From: Octopus sinensis
Lineage: Eukaryota
DNA: 64,000 nucleotides
Assembly: GCF_006345805.1 (NCBI RefSeq)
Contig: NC_042999.1
Location: 27,156,001-27,220,000, forward strand
Reading direction: 5' to 3'
The notes beneath the pieces are model-generated. The model had not been told where the DNA came from. It searched no databases and was given only the letters and a program-made list of their open reading frames with translations. Position numbers and translations under genes: made by a program. How positions within the stretch are numbered: the first letter of the stretch is position 1; each line of letters starts with the position of its first letter. Shown one piece after another: positions 1-12,918 of this stretch.

Positions 1-1010
1 ATAATAAATACTTGACTGAAGCTTTCAAGAACATTCGTAAAGTAGTGGATCATTATATTTCCACCCAATCGTGCCTATTATGTCGCTAGTAGCATGGGTG
101 CAGAGACATGACCGTCCAATAAAAAATGGTCAGTCTTCAAGTATGTGATGCCAAATTCACTTTTATATTGGTATAGTCTCAAGAAATAGACGTTCCATTG
201 AATAATACAGTATATCAGGAAATAAAGATGGGCGATATGATCGGAAGGCTTTTGATAAGTTTTGCTCATTTAGGTCAATAATATGTTTCAAATTTCACAA
301 TATTGTATTCCTTCATATGCGTAACATCACAATATACAGAAAATAAAAATGACTAGAAGAGGAATGGATTTAATTTTAGACGAATGCTAACTGAATTATT
401 CAAGAAACCTCCCGGTAGTCGTTGAATTTTTGTTCAGGTCTAATGATTCGACTGAGTGACACACGTTTCTCGAGAGCTTATGAGGGATATCTCCTTAAAA
501 TGTTTTAATCTCGAATGCTACGCTGCCATCTTCAAAAATACAAGGATTAAAGAAGAATAATAATTTCGGATATCGATTCACTATTGACGTGAGGTCACTG
601 TTAGAGCGATTTTGCTTATGAGTCTGCTCAATGAAGACAGATCTAGGCAGAAACGACAACGAAAACAGTTATATTTCAAAATCAATTATAACAACAACAA
701 CCGTAATAATGATGATGATGATGATGATGATGATGATTGGCGGTTTACGAGGAGCTACACACCAAAAGCGACCGACTGTATGTTCCTAGAAACGGGGGCG
801 GAAGTGGTCTCATAGTTTGAAAGATCTGTATTGTCAACGAGAAGAACAGAAAAAAAATCATATGCATGAAACTATTGTTGATAAAATTTCGAGGTCACTG
901 TCAATAAAATTCAAAATATCGGATTTCTTCATGTTTTCAGTCTTTATATTTCTACAAAAATCTTCTAATCATATGTGTTTATGTTTGTGTGCGAGTGTGA
1001 GCGTTTAAGT

Positions 1011-1044
<34 letters not shown>

Positions 1045-1073
1045 GTATATGTCTGTTTGTTAGTGTGTGTATA

Positions 1074-1113
<40 letters not shown>

Positions 1114-1196
1114 CACACACACGTATAGATGCATGAATATATATATATATATATATAAGTTTGTGTGTTTATATGAATATATATCTATATATATAT

Positions 1197-1230
<34 letters not shown>

Positions 1231-1894
1231 ATATATATATATATATGCATATGTATGTATCCTCATGACACCATCAAATTCAACATTCTTTTGACATTCA
1301 ATTACCTCGTGTTTAATATTCTGATACAATCAATTTGCTAAATTGCGCGAAAAAAAATGCAATTAGATTCCTGTGGGCATTGAACACGACTGATGTGAAA
1401 ATATCCCCAATACTATAATAAACTACAGATCTGTTCATTATCTAAACATTTCAATCCAATTTGTACATAATATTGCAATCTCTAAAAGCATTATGGTCTT
1501 TCTGGAATATATCCATGTGAATTCGGTTTTAAAAGCGTCAATATTGTCTTTCAAATATTTTCTTTTCGTAAACTAAAGCATAATAACAATCTCATCAGAT
1601 ATGTTTTAACACAATCTTTGTTTATATTAACTTTCTAATTGATTCTTTCTCGGTACTCTCAACAGAGAAATAGAAAATTATAAACTATATCAATGACAAA
1701 TCGCTATTTGATTAATGTTTATTTTTCTCTCTGTCGCAGAAGTGTTTAAATGTAAAACGAAAAGAAATATCAATAGGTGTAGTCACACACACAAATACAA
1801 ACTCAGAAAAACGCTAAATTTTTTGTTAGTACAGTAGAATCAACCTTCAATTTTAGATCTATAGTGATTACTTTTATAATATAGTCTATCAGCA

Positions 1895-2283
1895 AGGCGG
1901 CGAACTGGCGGAAACGTTAGCACGCCGGACGAAATGCTCGGCAGTATTTCGTTTGCCGCTAGGTTCTGAGTTCAAATTCCGCCGAGGTCGACTTTGCCTT
2001 TCATCCTTTCGGGGGTCAATAAAATAAGTACCAGTTACGCACTGGGGTCGATATAATCGACTTAATCTCCTTGTTTGTCCTCTCTGTGTTTAGCCCCTTG
2101 TGGATAGTAAAGAAATAGGTACTTCGTCTGTCTTTACCTTCTGAGTTCAAATTCCGCTGAAGTCGACTTTACGTTTCATCCTTTCGGGGTCGATAAATTA
2201 AGTATCAGTTGCGTCCTGGGATCGATTTAATAGACTGACCCTCTCCCCAAACATTCGAGCCTTGTGTTTAGAGTAGGAAAGAA
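1895..2283 (+). mobile_element. tRNA-derived SINE, dimeric copy (abundant family A)
   Basis: Pol III A-box-like TGGCGGAAACGTTAG and B-box GAGTTCAAATTCC; body GAGGTCGACTTTGCCTTTCATCCTTTCGGGG recurs at 18770, 23511, 46670, 47585 and 54700; two bodies in tandem with different tails. Confidence 0.85.
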
Positions 2284-2714
2284 TATATTCTACCAGTAAC
2301 TCTTGAAAACGCTAACATTTCACAACGAACTTTTATTTTATGAACTCAGTGACTCTGAAAATATCATACAACAGAGCCCAGTGTTCTAAGAAATTTAAAA
2401 TTTAAAAATTGCTTTCAGTTCGTTAGCTATGCATTCAGTAAAAATCTTTTTAACATGATATTTTGAAACAGAATAGTTTTTGGTACGCCAAGACTGATTA
2501 CAAGGGGAAATGATTTCAAAGCTGGAACAACAATTACTTGTATGTCGGGAAAATTATGACAGACCGTTATAATGCATTGCACTTATCATTATTTGCTTTT
2601 ACTCTTTCACACAAACATAGATCCATCTATCTTATCGGCATCTCCCACTCATTATTTTGAAAGAAACAAAAATGTAGTTATCAGAGATCAAGTTACAGAC
2701 TAGATATGTTAGGT

Positions 2715-2850
2715 ATTACAATGTTTGAGGGCATAACATCGCATTGACCGCCGTACGTGACTGGTACTTTATTTCACTGGCACTGGAAACTTGAAATGCA
2801 AAACTGCCCTCAAAAGAAATTTGAACTCAGAATGTTAAAAACCGCAACGT
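2715..2850 (-). mobile_element. degraded SINE family A fragment
   Basis: Contains ACTGGTACTTTATTT and AAATTTGAACTCAGAATG, reverse complements of family A body motifs. Confidence 0.5.
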
Positions 2851-3815
2851 ATATCCATTACGTCTCGTCATTAACTGATGTAATTTCTGATATATACTCA
2901 TACCAACTCTCTTATGCTGGTATTTCGTTATGCTGACAAAGTTTCCAAAACATGGACGTCGCAAATCATTCATATATGTAGATATATTCCTTTAGGTGAT
3001 GAGCTGACAACCTAAAACAACGTGTATAATATATTTCCTCACTTTCTACATATTTTACAAGATATTTTAATGTAGGATAAAATTCTTTTCGAAAAAAATT
3101 CTTTTCCAAAAAAAATCTTATCAATGGCCAGCATATTAAAAAATACCTTTAAAGGTTAAATTTATAAACAATTCATAAATAAGGGCAAACGAAAAAATTT
3201 CTAATGCCAAATATGCCAAAAAATTGGACATATTGTCCATTAACCATTAATTTTTTCACAATTCGCACGCTACTCGAAAAAAGGTCGACAGAAATTTCTA
3301 AAAAATATCTCATTTATTTCTTTTGCCACATGTATCACCGACGAAGGGAGGGCTGTTATAAGCTAACCCTGAAATCGGTCCGATATGGTAATAATGTGAG
3401 AAAATATTTTACAAGATTATTACTGTATCCTATATTTTAAGCATTTTTTTTTCTAATCGATAACTTTAAATTTTTCTTTCCCACCATCAAGCACTGAACT
3501 TCACATTTAGTAATGTGACATTTTCTTATCTATTTCTATCGATTTTTCATACATTGGTCTTTGCAAACGATCAAGCATGATATTCTATCTCTTAGTTTTA
3601 AGCTTTCTTGCAGTTGCTATTTCCAAGTTTCTCCTTCCACGAATATCGCTCATTCCAATTATTTTCTCTTTGTATTATTTCCCTGAAATAACGAAAACTG
3701 CTTGATTATTCCTTTCATGATTGTTTAAGCTAAATGCATTGTAGTCTTCTTCTTGCATAACAGCCGTATGTCACCACACATACGCACATGCACACACACA
3801 CGCATATATATATAT

Positions 3816-3861
<46 letters not shown>

Positions 3862-4361
3862 TGATTGTGTGGCAACAGACGATACTTCTCAGTACAGCTA
3901 CTAATTTTATCTCATATAAAGTTTTTCTAACTATATATTTTTCTTGTTGCAAGATCAGTGATTGAGTGTCGCTCGGTTTTCTATATATTGAGAGCAGGAA
4001 TGAATTCCTGCTATCTCTAGCCGCTGTACGTTAACCACTGACGATGGGCACAATAGCTCTAATCCGTTCGGTCTGGTGATCCCGTCATCTGCTAGAGGAT
4101 GGTAGAGGTTTTCGACCCTGCTAGCAATATATAATTGATAACCAGCTGGAGGAAGGTCTTCCAGGGGTTGAGATATAAATATATACATATGCGTCTCTGT
4201 ATGCATGTATGTTTATATATATATATAATTTCAGCAAAAATTTAGATTCAAATGAATATGGTACTTAATTTAGATGCACCAGAATTTTGTATGGTGTTAT
4301 CCATAAAAATCCGTGGGGTGATTATAATCAAAATAAGCAACAAGAATGACTCCGGTAATTT

Positions 4362-4408
<47 letters not shown>

Positions 4409-4414
<6 letters not shown>

Positions 4415-4496
4415 AATTTTAGGGTAGCAAGAATATTCATCGAAAAATTCTTAGTTACCAGTGGATGAATATTCTTGCTACCGTAAGATTTTAATT
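4409..4496. repeat. hairpin: 33-bp inverted arms (2 mismatches), 22-nt loop
   Basis: 4409-4441 versus 4464-4496; core GGTAGCAAGAATATTCATC / GATGAATATTCTTGCTACC is perfect; starts at the end of a (TA)n tract. Confidence 0.9.
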
Positions 4497-4880
4497 AATA
4501 AAAGTTTTTTTGGCTAATTCTGGAAGAAAATTGGCAATTAATTTTTTTAATGCTGGTCGAGTTCCGCTTCTGCGCGGTAGATTTGAAAAATTAGAACCTA
4601 TAGAGACGTGGCGGGTTATTCATCGCTCCGTGCCTATGTGTTCAGTGCTGGCAACCCCCTGAAGAAGCAGCGCCAGACATAGACTGAAATTATTTTATTT
4701 CAGTCTGTATTTAAGTCTGCAGAAACCTTGCAAGGTCTAGAATTAAGGTAAAAGTTTTTATTTTCCAATCCCTTTCGGAAATACAACAATTGGTGGCTTG
4801 GAGATTTAACTGCTCTTTCTAGCGAGTCAGATATCCTATTCTTCGGGTATCTCTTTTGTGTTTGAACGTACATTGTATTC

Positions 4881-4920
<40 letters not shown>

Positions 4921-4962
4921 AATGTATATGTATGTATATAAATGTGTGGGGGTGTATGTATT

Positions 4963-5004
<42 letters not shown>

Positions 5005-5033
5005 TCAATAAATGGTGGGCTTGTGTCTCCCGT

Positions 5034-5247
5034 AGCGGTGCATAAAGAACAAATAAATCTCCCGGAATACCGACAAATTCCACTGAGCGACCACATAGAC
5101 TCATGCGCTAAAGACATAAATCCCAAATTCTACATATTCCCCTTCTACCAATGTAAAGACGGGATCACCACACAGGAGAGAATTAACAAGGAGAATATCT
5201 TTATTGAAAAATTCAAAACACAACTTAATATGCAAACTCCTCGTTGA
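5034..5247 (+). pseudogene. Penelope-like element, C-terminus of GIY-YIG endonuclease region (5'-truncated)
   Basis: VHKEQINLPEYRQIPLSDHIDSCAKDINPKFYIFPFY...KENIFIEKFKTQLN is homologous to LHRSQIKIPKNRKIAFSQLIDICANIKNPCFRMFP at 57182-57427; ends in the PLE-type FI-KF---LN motif. Confidence 0.75.
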
Positions 5248-6041
5248 TCATACTTCCTTTTTCTACCTCATTCTTCATGGATGGACTAACACAAATATAT
5301 AAGGATACCATGCATTCATCACGTCAAGCTAAAACTTATATTCTTTAAATATCATTTTTACTATTGTTGTTATTACTATCATGTTTTATTATATATGATA
5401 TAACAATCTGAAATGTAATTATAAATTGGTTTATGCAAAGTTATATAATTAGAAAATAATATAAATAAAGTATTAAAATCTGAATGTTAAGTTAACAAAC
5501 AATTATATAAAAAAGATAATGCAAATGAAGCTAAAATGATAATTTTATAAGTTAAGGTTTATTAACACCTTTTATTACAAAAAATTGATAAACACAAATT
5601 GAAGAACTCAAAAGAGTTGTCTCCCCTTATTCACAACACAGGAACTGAAGACTACAATTACTACTACTTCCTGTTTTGCCAACACCCTTAATTAAACTAA
5701 ACAACACATGGTTTTAATCCCATTGGATCCTAATACTTCAAGGTAATTTTTTCGTGAACAATCATTAAACTCAAGATACACAAAGAATTCACAATGTATC
5801 GGAGTACTTATTTTTAAATTTTTGTACGTATTTATTATTATTCTTTTGCAAAAAACAATGCAATTTTCTTTTTTCCCCTTTCTCACTTTAAAAAAAAAAT
5901 TTTACCTTACAATTCTTGAAAAGTCACATTATGACGAAAACCGGTTTGAATTAATATATATTTATATATTTTATCAATTTCTCATTTCATTAAAATTTTC
6001 TTTCAATTTAGCATTCTGCATTTTTACAATTTTTCCTTGCT

Positions 6042-6181
<140 letters not shown>

Positions 6182-7220
6182 AATGATGGTTGTCGACTGT
6201 TTAATGGAATGTGACTTTCTCAAAATCGACAACTGGCAGAGTTCATACACAGGAACCAAACTAGTTAAAAACTAAAATACGCAAATTCACAAGTAATATG
6301 GAGTCAAATACAAGTAAAGTTCATAAACGTGGTCAATCCATTTCGTGCAAATTCACATTGAGATTCCAGAAGAAAATTCAGTGAAATCTTATCGTTTAAT
6401 TTTGCATGAAGAATCCGAGTAAGTACATTGCTAGCAGGCGTTTAGCAGGTGATTTCCTTTTTGTGCTCGCGTTTAGTACTGTTTTCATCTTTCACACATC
6501 AAAACTTATGTTACGCATTAATTTCGCTAAATAATAATCTCTAAACCGAAAAAGTCACTGCCTGTTCCTATTCCATTTATTCCTAACACTTTTCCAGGAT
6601 TAAGTTTCTTAATACATATTGCAAACTCTTCAATTACAAATATATTATTCAATTCATAAATGATTGATATTTGCTGAAAATAGGAGATAATATACTTAAA
6701 ATCAGTATTTTGGTAAAATATTTTAGAAAAATGTTCTTTTTATCGTTTTACTGTACCTTCCATTGATTTAATGTGCATATGCCCATTGCTTCAGTGGAAA
6801 GGTGGGATTCTTGAACCTTTGGAACAATATGCTTTTTCTAAGATAGCATAAAACACGTTAGTATTTGAGAATCAGCAGTTCATTGACTATGCTTTGACAA
6901 ATCCCTCTATCAATTTTCTTTCCTATCTCTTATTTCTGTATGTGCCCATGTTTTAACTCGTTTCAGCTCATGTTGAATTTTTGTGCGCCTGAAAAAGTGC
7001 TTTTCTGGGTACATACTTGTGTTGAAGTAGCTGAGTTATCTCTATTATTTTCAGCAAACCATCGAAGCAATCCCGATTATCACCTTCTTTGACAACCAAG
7101 GATTTCAGAAGAGACACAACTTATTTTGTACTTCTCCCCATGAATATGGATATAAAAAATATAAAAGTATAAATATATAAAAACATTAAATTAAAAAACA
7201 TAAAAAATATACGTATATAT

Positions 7221-7309
<89 letters not shown>

Positions 7310-7542
7310 ATATTCGTGTATGGTCGTTGACCGGTGTCATGAGTTCGTCTGTCCTTCAACAAGCTTTCATATTTGTCCCGCACACTTCTCATCATATATG
7401 AGTGTGCGTCTGTGTGTCTCTGTGTGTGTGCCACATGCATATTTGTGCATGTGTGTGTGTGCGTTTACATTGTGTGAACTGCAAAGTTCATAGTCTGACT
7501 ATGAAGGAGTGATTCTAGAGCTGTGAAATCTTGATTGCATTA

Positions 7543-7630
<88 letters not shown>
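7543..7630. repeat. (GATA)n microsatellite
   Basis: Direct reading, about 22 units. Confidence 0.97.
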
Positions 7631-10179
7631 GTATGCATCTACGTTCTATTTTACTGAAGCGGATAAACGTCACAAAACTTTACTCGGAGTTTCAATATTA
7701 GATCATCGGCCAGAAGTGAACTTTTAAAAGTAATCAGCGATTTATAAATGCTTATAACTGCCGCAAAGATATTAACTTGATAACTTCTTAAACGTTTAAA
7801 GCAGATTTAACAGGGGCGTATTACTTCGAATGGAATCTGTTCCGTAATGCAATTATAAGTTGACGCAAAATATATAAACATTTAAAAGTTAAAGAAAACT
7901 GAATTATGCAAATTGCATATGTACATTGTAGTAAAAATGATAACTGTTTCAAAAGAAAAGTTGTTTCAGAAATTTAGAATTTAAAAAATTAAATTATAAC
8001 AAACCAAAATAATGATGAATGATCTTCCCAAAGCAAATAAATGAATAGATTTATTTCAGCAAAAATGGAATGAAAGTCTGTAAGAGAAGAAGAAACCAAA
8101 AGAGAGAATGCGGAAATCGTACTGTTGAAAGGAAGATATAGACTAAACATTAATAAGTGATTAATTACATTGTCAGCTTGCTTCGGATGCTGACGTAATG
8201 CATGTGTTTGTATATGCAGGTATATATATATGCATAAACATAGGAGAGGGGGGTCGTAAAAGCGTTTAGAAATCATTCATTTGATTGAAATTTAGACAGA
8301 GAAATCTATGTGTCTATGTATACGTTTGACAGAGCAGAATTACACATGGTGAAATGTGCATTTATACGGATTTTAACTGAACAAATGCCCAACTCGACGA
8401 GAGTATTATTCCTAATTTCAACTACAAAATATTCAATAAGCTTAAGAATGAACTTATATTTTTCGATTGAAGAATCATATTTAATACGAAATTTAGTCGT
8501 CTCAACTTCTCAAATGTTCCTCTTCATAAAGAATCTGGCAGTTTTGAGCCATACTGCAAGCTTAATAAATGGCAGTTCTACGTAAATAAGAATTCTAATT
8601 ACCCGCCATATGTCCCTAAGAATATAGTTCACGATATAAGAGACTAATTCCTCTCTTTTTCCGCTGTGGAGGCGGTCTTCGGCATAGTTTCATCTTATAA
8701 CAACGGTGCCGTTTGAATCAGCGTATCCTCTGAGCGGAACAAAAAATAACGTCAGGATATTTCATTGAACTAGCAAGGGCAAGATTTTGGTGTTTAATCA
8801 AAAATAGAGTATCTATGTTTGTCCTGATCTTTCTAAAGGGAGCATAAATAATATAGATTTCTCCACAGAAGCACACTAAATTGTTTTTTTTAATTGCATT
8901 AAGAGCTTCGCCTTTTTGTTTTTTTCTCCGACAATATCAGAATACTTGTTGACTGGACATAGTCTACTGTGACTGCCGTCTTAATGGCAATCGCTGGATC
9001 AAAGTGGTAGTATATAGATATTCCATGTTTGCAATAGACCCATGCGTAAAACTTACATTGGTTCCACTGAAGACGGTCTGATAACAGGCTTCTATGGGTC
9101 CGATAAAATGTTAATAACATAGGACAGTTCCTCAATAACGCTATAGATATGCCAACAGAAAGAAGTTGATTTGGCTCCTTTCAAAATCCACGATTTGATA
9201 TTAGAATGAGCAAGCCTTTACCTTCATGCTTCCTACTGCCATCCCATAAAATGATCCTCATTTTTAAGCGGGAAGGATAAAAATTGCAATTGGCTTCTAA
9301 TTGGCTAAATTTCTTCCATATTTTCACATACATCTGAAATCGTTCGTTTTCTGTTGATCAGGTTTTCTTGTTTTGTTTATGGTTTCATCGCAAGTCACAT
9401 GGACATTGAAATTCTAGGCGGCTTCGGATACAAAATAGGACCGTCCCCGAAGTGTACGTCATAAGAGAATAACTTCTTATTTTGGCGATGATTGTGTTTA
9501 ACACAATCAGCCCCTTTGCATTCGGAATGCTGGGACACCGGATGTTCGATAGTTGCGTCTTCTCAAAATGAAGCAGGAGGGCCTTTGAACCTAAAAGGAA
9601 GGAGCTCTCATGGGTGCTATCGATCTGCCAATTGATAAAAAATTGTTTTTTGTATTGTTTACAGTGGCATCTGGAACGGTTATTTGCATAATTATTCTCA
9701 ATGCATCCAGACAGCTTCACATTTAAATGAAATATGCTATACGTACCAGCATATTTTCCGTTTGAATCTGCCTATATCTGGTTACACAATAATAAGAATT
9801 TTAAAAGTTCAGTTTGGTTTAGGTTTAGAACAGAATGCCAGAGAATACTTTCTCCGGACGATGTTTTTACACTAATTATGCTATGATTCATAGATGTGTG
9901 TATGTGTCTGTTGTTCGTGTGTATACGTGTGAGTGGACAAACTAAATAAGGGCACTCGACACATTTATTGGGTATTACATATATGAATCAAAATAGTCTA
10001 ACTCTAACTCCTTGGTACTCCGAGTTTCAAAGTGTGATGCTAATTGTCAACCATTGGAAATTTTAATATATATATACCTATATATATGTATATATATATG
10101 TGTGTGTTGTATATATATTTATATATAATCATGTATATATATATAGATATATAAACATACATATATAGATATATTCACA

Positions 10180-10258
<79 letters not shown>

Positions 10259-10287
10259 ATTTATGCGCATAAACGTGTACATATATG

Positions 10288-10333
<46 letters not shown>

Positions 10334-11539
10334 CATAGATATATACATACTTGTGTTCTAGCTGTATGTATGCTTGTCTATGTCTGTGTTTCTACGTGTG
10401 TCTGAGTACACGTGTGTATTCAGATCCAAAGGTATACGCATTATAAATTGGATTTTTTGTAAATCGCTGTATCTTTTTTCTGCAACTTACTGTGTTTATC
10501 ATTATAGCGCTACACCAGTTTGTGAAAGGTTTCATCTCTAACTAGACTCAATGTTTATTGACATTTAAAATTCCTTTGTGTGGATACACGAAGGAATCCA
10601 GATCGGAATATTAACCACAGTGCCACCCCAAACATTACCTCCCCACATAGGTCTACATAGAAATGCAAATGCACTCCCACCCACTAACAAGTATGTGCTA
10701 GTCTCTTTTTGTGTGGATGTGTGTAAGAGAGAGAGTGTGGGGGGTAGAGTGCTGTTTTTGCATGTTTTTGAATGTATGAATGTGTGTTTCAATTCTCGAA
10801 ACAACATCATATTGTTCAGTGTCGGGGCCAGCGTTTAATTGATAACTATGAAACAATAGCTGGTCTTGAAGTGTGACATTTAAGATGTTCTTTATATAAA
10901 TAATTGGAGTTCTAATACAAACAGAAGACAATGAAATTAAAAGATGTAAAGTTTTGTATTGAAATTAACAAATTTCTCAAGTGGATTTTATAACTGTTAA
11001 GTATATCAACTGTTTGCATCTAATTGTAGAAACAGCATGATTTGCAGTTATTGACAGAAAAACCATGAGAAGCTTACTATTTGTTTCCTTTAATGGGGTA
11101 AACTTTTATATTCCTAGTTTTGTTCTTTATATTCCCTTGTTTATTCTGTCAAGCCTTTGTTAACATTACTATCGTTATTTCATTAAAATATAGACGATTT
11201 CCAATGTTTTTTTTGTATTTACGACTTTTCCTTCAATACATTACTTGTCAAATAATCCAAATAACCATAGGGATTGTTTACCAATTGGATATCCAACAGA
11301 TTATTTATTGATTGGAGACTTCTACATTCACAAAAAGTATTTTCCACATTATGTCTATATTATGTCGTTATTCATCTCTTTCTTTTCACTTTCACCAGTT
11401 GAAATCCAACATGTTTTCCGAGTTACACATATCCACTTTCACACCTTAACTTCCAAAACTTTTTTCAAATTACCTTTTGGCTTCATTTTATATCAAGTAT
11501 GGGGGGAATATTTATTAGTCTCTACTTAATAGTAAATAT

Positions 11540-11900
11540 CTGCATAGTGCCAAGGACTCCAAAGGACATCAAGATGTATGACAAGATACTGTGATAGCCT
11601 GGGCTTCCGAGGCCCACAGCTCTTCAATATCCTCCCGAAGAACCTAAGAGACCTGCATGGGGTGGATGCAGATTTCTTTAAAATGAAACTGGATCTCTTC
11701 TTGTCAGGTATCCTAGATGAACCAACTTCACGACAGGAGGTGCAGATGAGGGCAGCTGCATCAAACTCTCTCATGCACCAAATGGCAATTGCTAAAAAGT
11801 ATTCGTGAAGTAAAATCATGTAGCAACACCAAATGGCGGTGCCCCAGCATGGCCACTGCTCATGAGCTGAAACTAGATAAATAAAAAAATAAATAAATAA
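11540..11900 (+). mobile_element. 3' end of a CR1/L2-group LINE (5'-truncated)
   Basis: GPQLFNILPKNLRDL...FKMKLDLFLSGILDEP...RAAASNSLMHQ, typical C-terminus of CR1/L2-group ORF2; short 3' UTR and A-rich (AAAT)n tail. Confidence 0.75.
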
Positions 11901-12038
11901 TATAATCTCTTTACTCGTCTCTACTTTCACAATTGTAGTTGTGGAAATTTCTCCTGGAAATATTATCAAGAATATTCGTGATTTAAATATCCTTGAATTT
12001 ATTGATTTTCGTGTTCAAAATATGAAACTCGTACAACG

Positions 12039-12918
12039 CAAGGGGGTAACCAAAACACCGGAATCTTGCAATAATATTTTATTCACTTAGTTTTAAATGT
12101 TTATACTTTTATCGCTTTCAAAGTATTCTCCATTTGAAGCTCTGCATTGGCCTAGACATGCTTTCCACTGTTCGGAGCTGTACTGGCACTCTTATGAAGT
12201 GATGCCTTTTAACGCCTCCATCCTTTTTTTATTCTTCACCACTTCCACATTTGCAAATTCCGTAGCACTAGCCTTCGTCGCCAGTGACACCCCTCCAGAA
12301 AAGGTCCCGATCAACTTCCAACTGTTTGTTCAGTTCACGAAACGCATTCTCTCGCGACTGCTGTTGATCTTCCCTGAGCAGCCGAAGCACGAATTTTGCT
12401 GCAGCTCCTTTCATTTGCAATTCCTCGCTCAAAATTCGTTGGCATGTGCTCCAGACTACACCCGTCATATCAACAAGCTCGTCAGTGGTTGGGTGACGAC
12501 TATCTCAGATAAGTTTGTGAATTTTCGTGATGTTTTCATTCGTTCGGGAGGAAGACGGTCGCCCTGAACGAGGTTGATCCTCAAATAATAAGTGACCATT
12601 TCTAAAACGTGAAAACCACTCATAAACTTATGTTTTTTCATGACAGCAGCCTTGCAAGCTGTTTGAAGCATAACAACTGTTTAGGCCGCCGTTTTCCCCA
12701 GCAGAAAATAAAATTTCACAGAGGCATGTTGTTCCTTCGTTTCAGTCATCGCAAAAATCGCCAAACAGGAGAGACTCACTGCAAAATGAAGACGCATTAC
12801 ATGGCAGCACAACCTGACCCGCCTGAGGATCGCATCAATTGGCTTCTAGAGGCGGAAGCCTGAATTTCAACGGACTTTTCCCCCAGAAAACGTTTCCGGT
12901 TACTTTTCGGTACCCTCG
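12039..12918 (-). mobile_element. internally deleted mariner element with both TIRs
   Basis: TIR CCGGTTACTTTTCGGTACCCTCG plus TA at 12919-12920; degenerate partner TIR at about 12039-12063; frameshifted transposase VYEWFSRFRNG..EDQPRSGRPS..KFVLRLL..VTGDEG jumps directly to C-terminal QW..CLGQC..SNGEYFE. Confidence 0.85.

Noticed and set aside
612-815. 67-aa ORF with poly-Asn/poly-Asp
   Set aside because: The tract is (AAC)/(GAT)n microsatellite; no splice or homology support
1060-1329. ORFs rich in IYIY, CVCV, THTH or SIYL (also 5822, 7186, 30727, 33053, 46292, 52571, 58760, 62080 and others)
   Set aside because: Translations of (TA)n, (TG)n, (CA)n and (GATA)n microsatellites, which lack stops in some frames
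1545-1600. Minus-strand CTGATGA..GAAA
   Set aside because: No pairing in helix II or III; the CTGATGA hits at 19707, 31212, 31984, 37121 and 53197 are likewise unstructured or inside coding remnants
4655-4706. CCCC-CTGAAGA..CT-GAAA hammerhead-like motif
   Set aside because: Helix II has only 2 bp, and helices I and III are absent (replaced by a local hairpin)
9420-9680. Minus-frame ELLPFRFKGPPASF resembling the Gypsy RT motif MPFGL-NAPATFQ
   Set aside because: Single weak motif with stops and no flanking RT motifs
11835-11885. Possible shared tail between the CR1/L2-type LINE and the SINE at 42010-42205
   Set aside because: Visible similarity in this window is too short and gapped to support; it would need family consensus sequences
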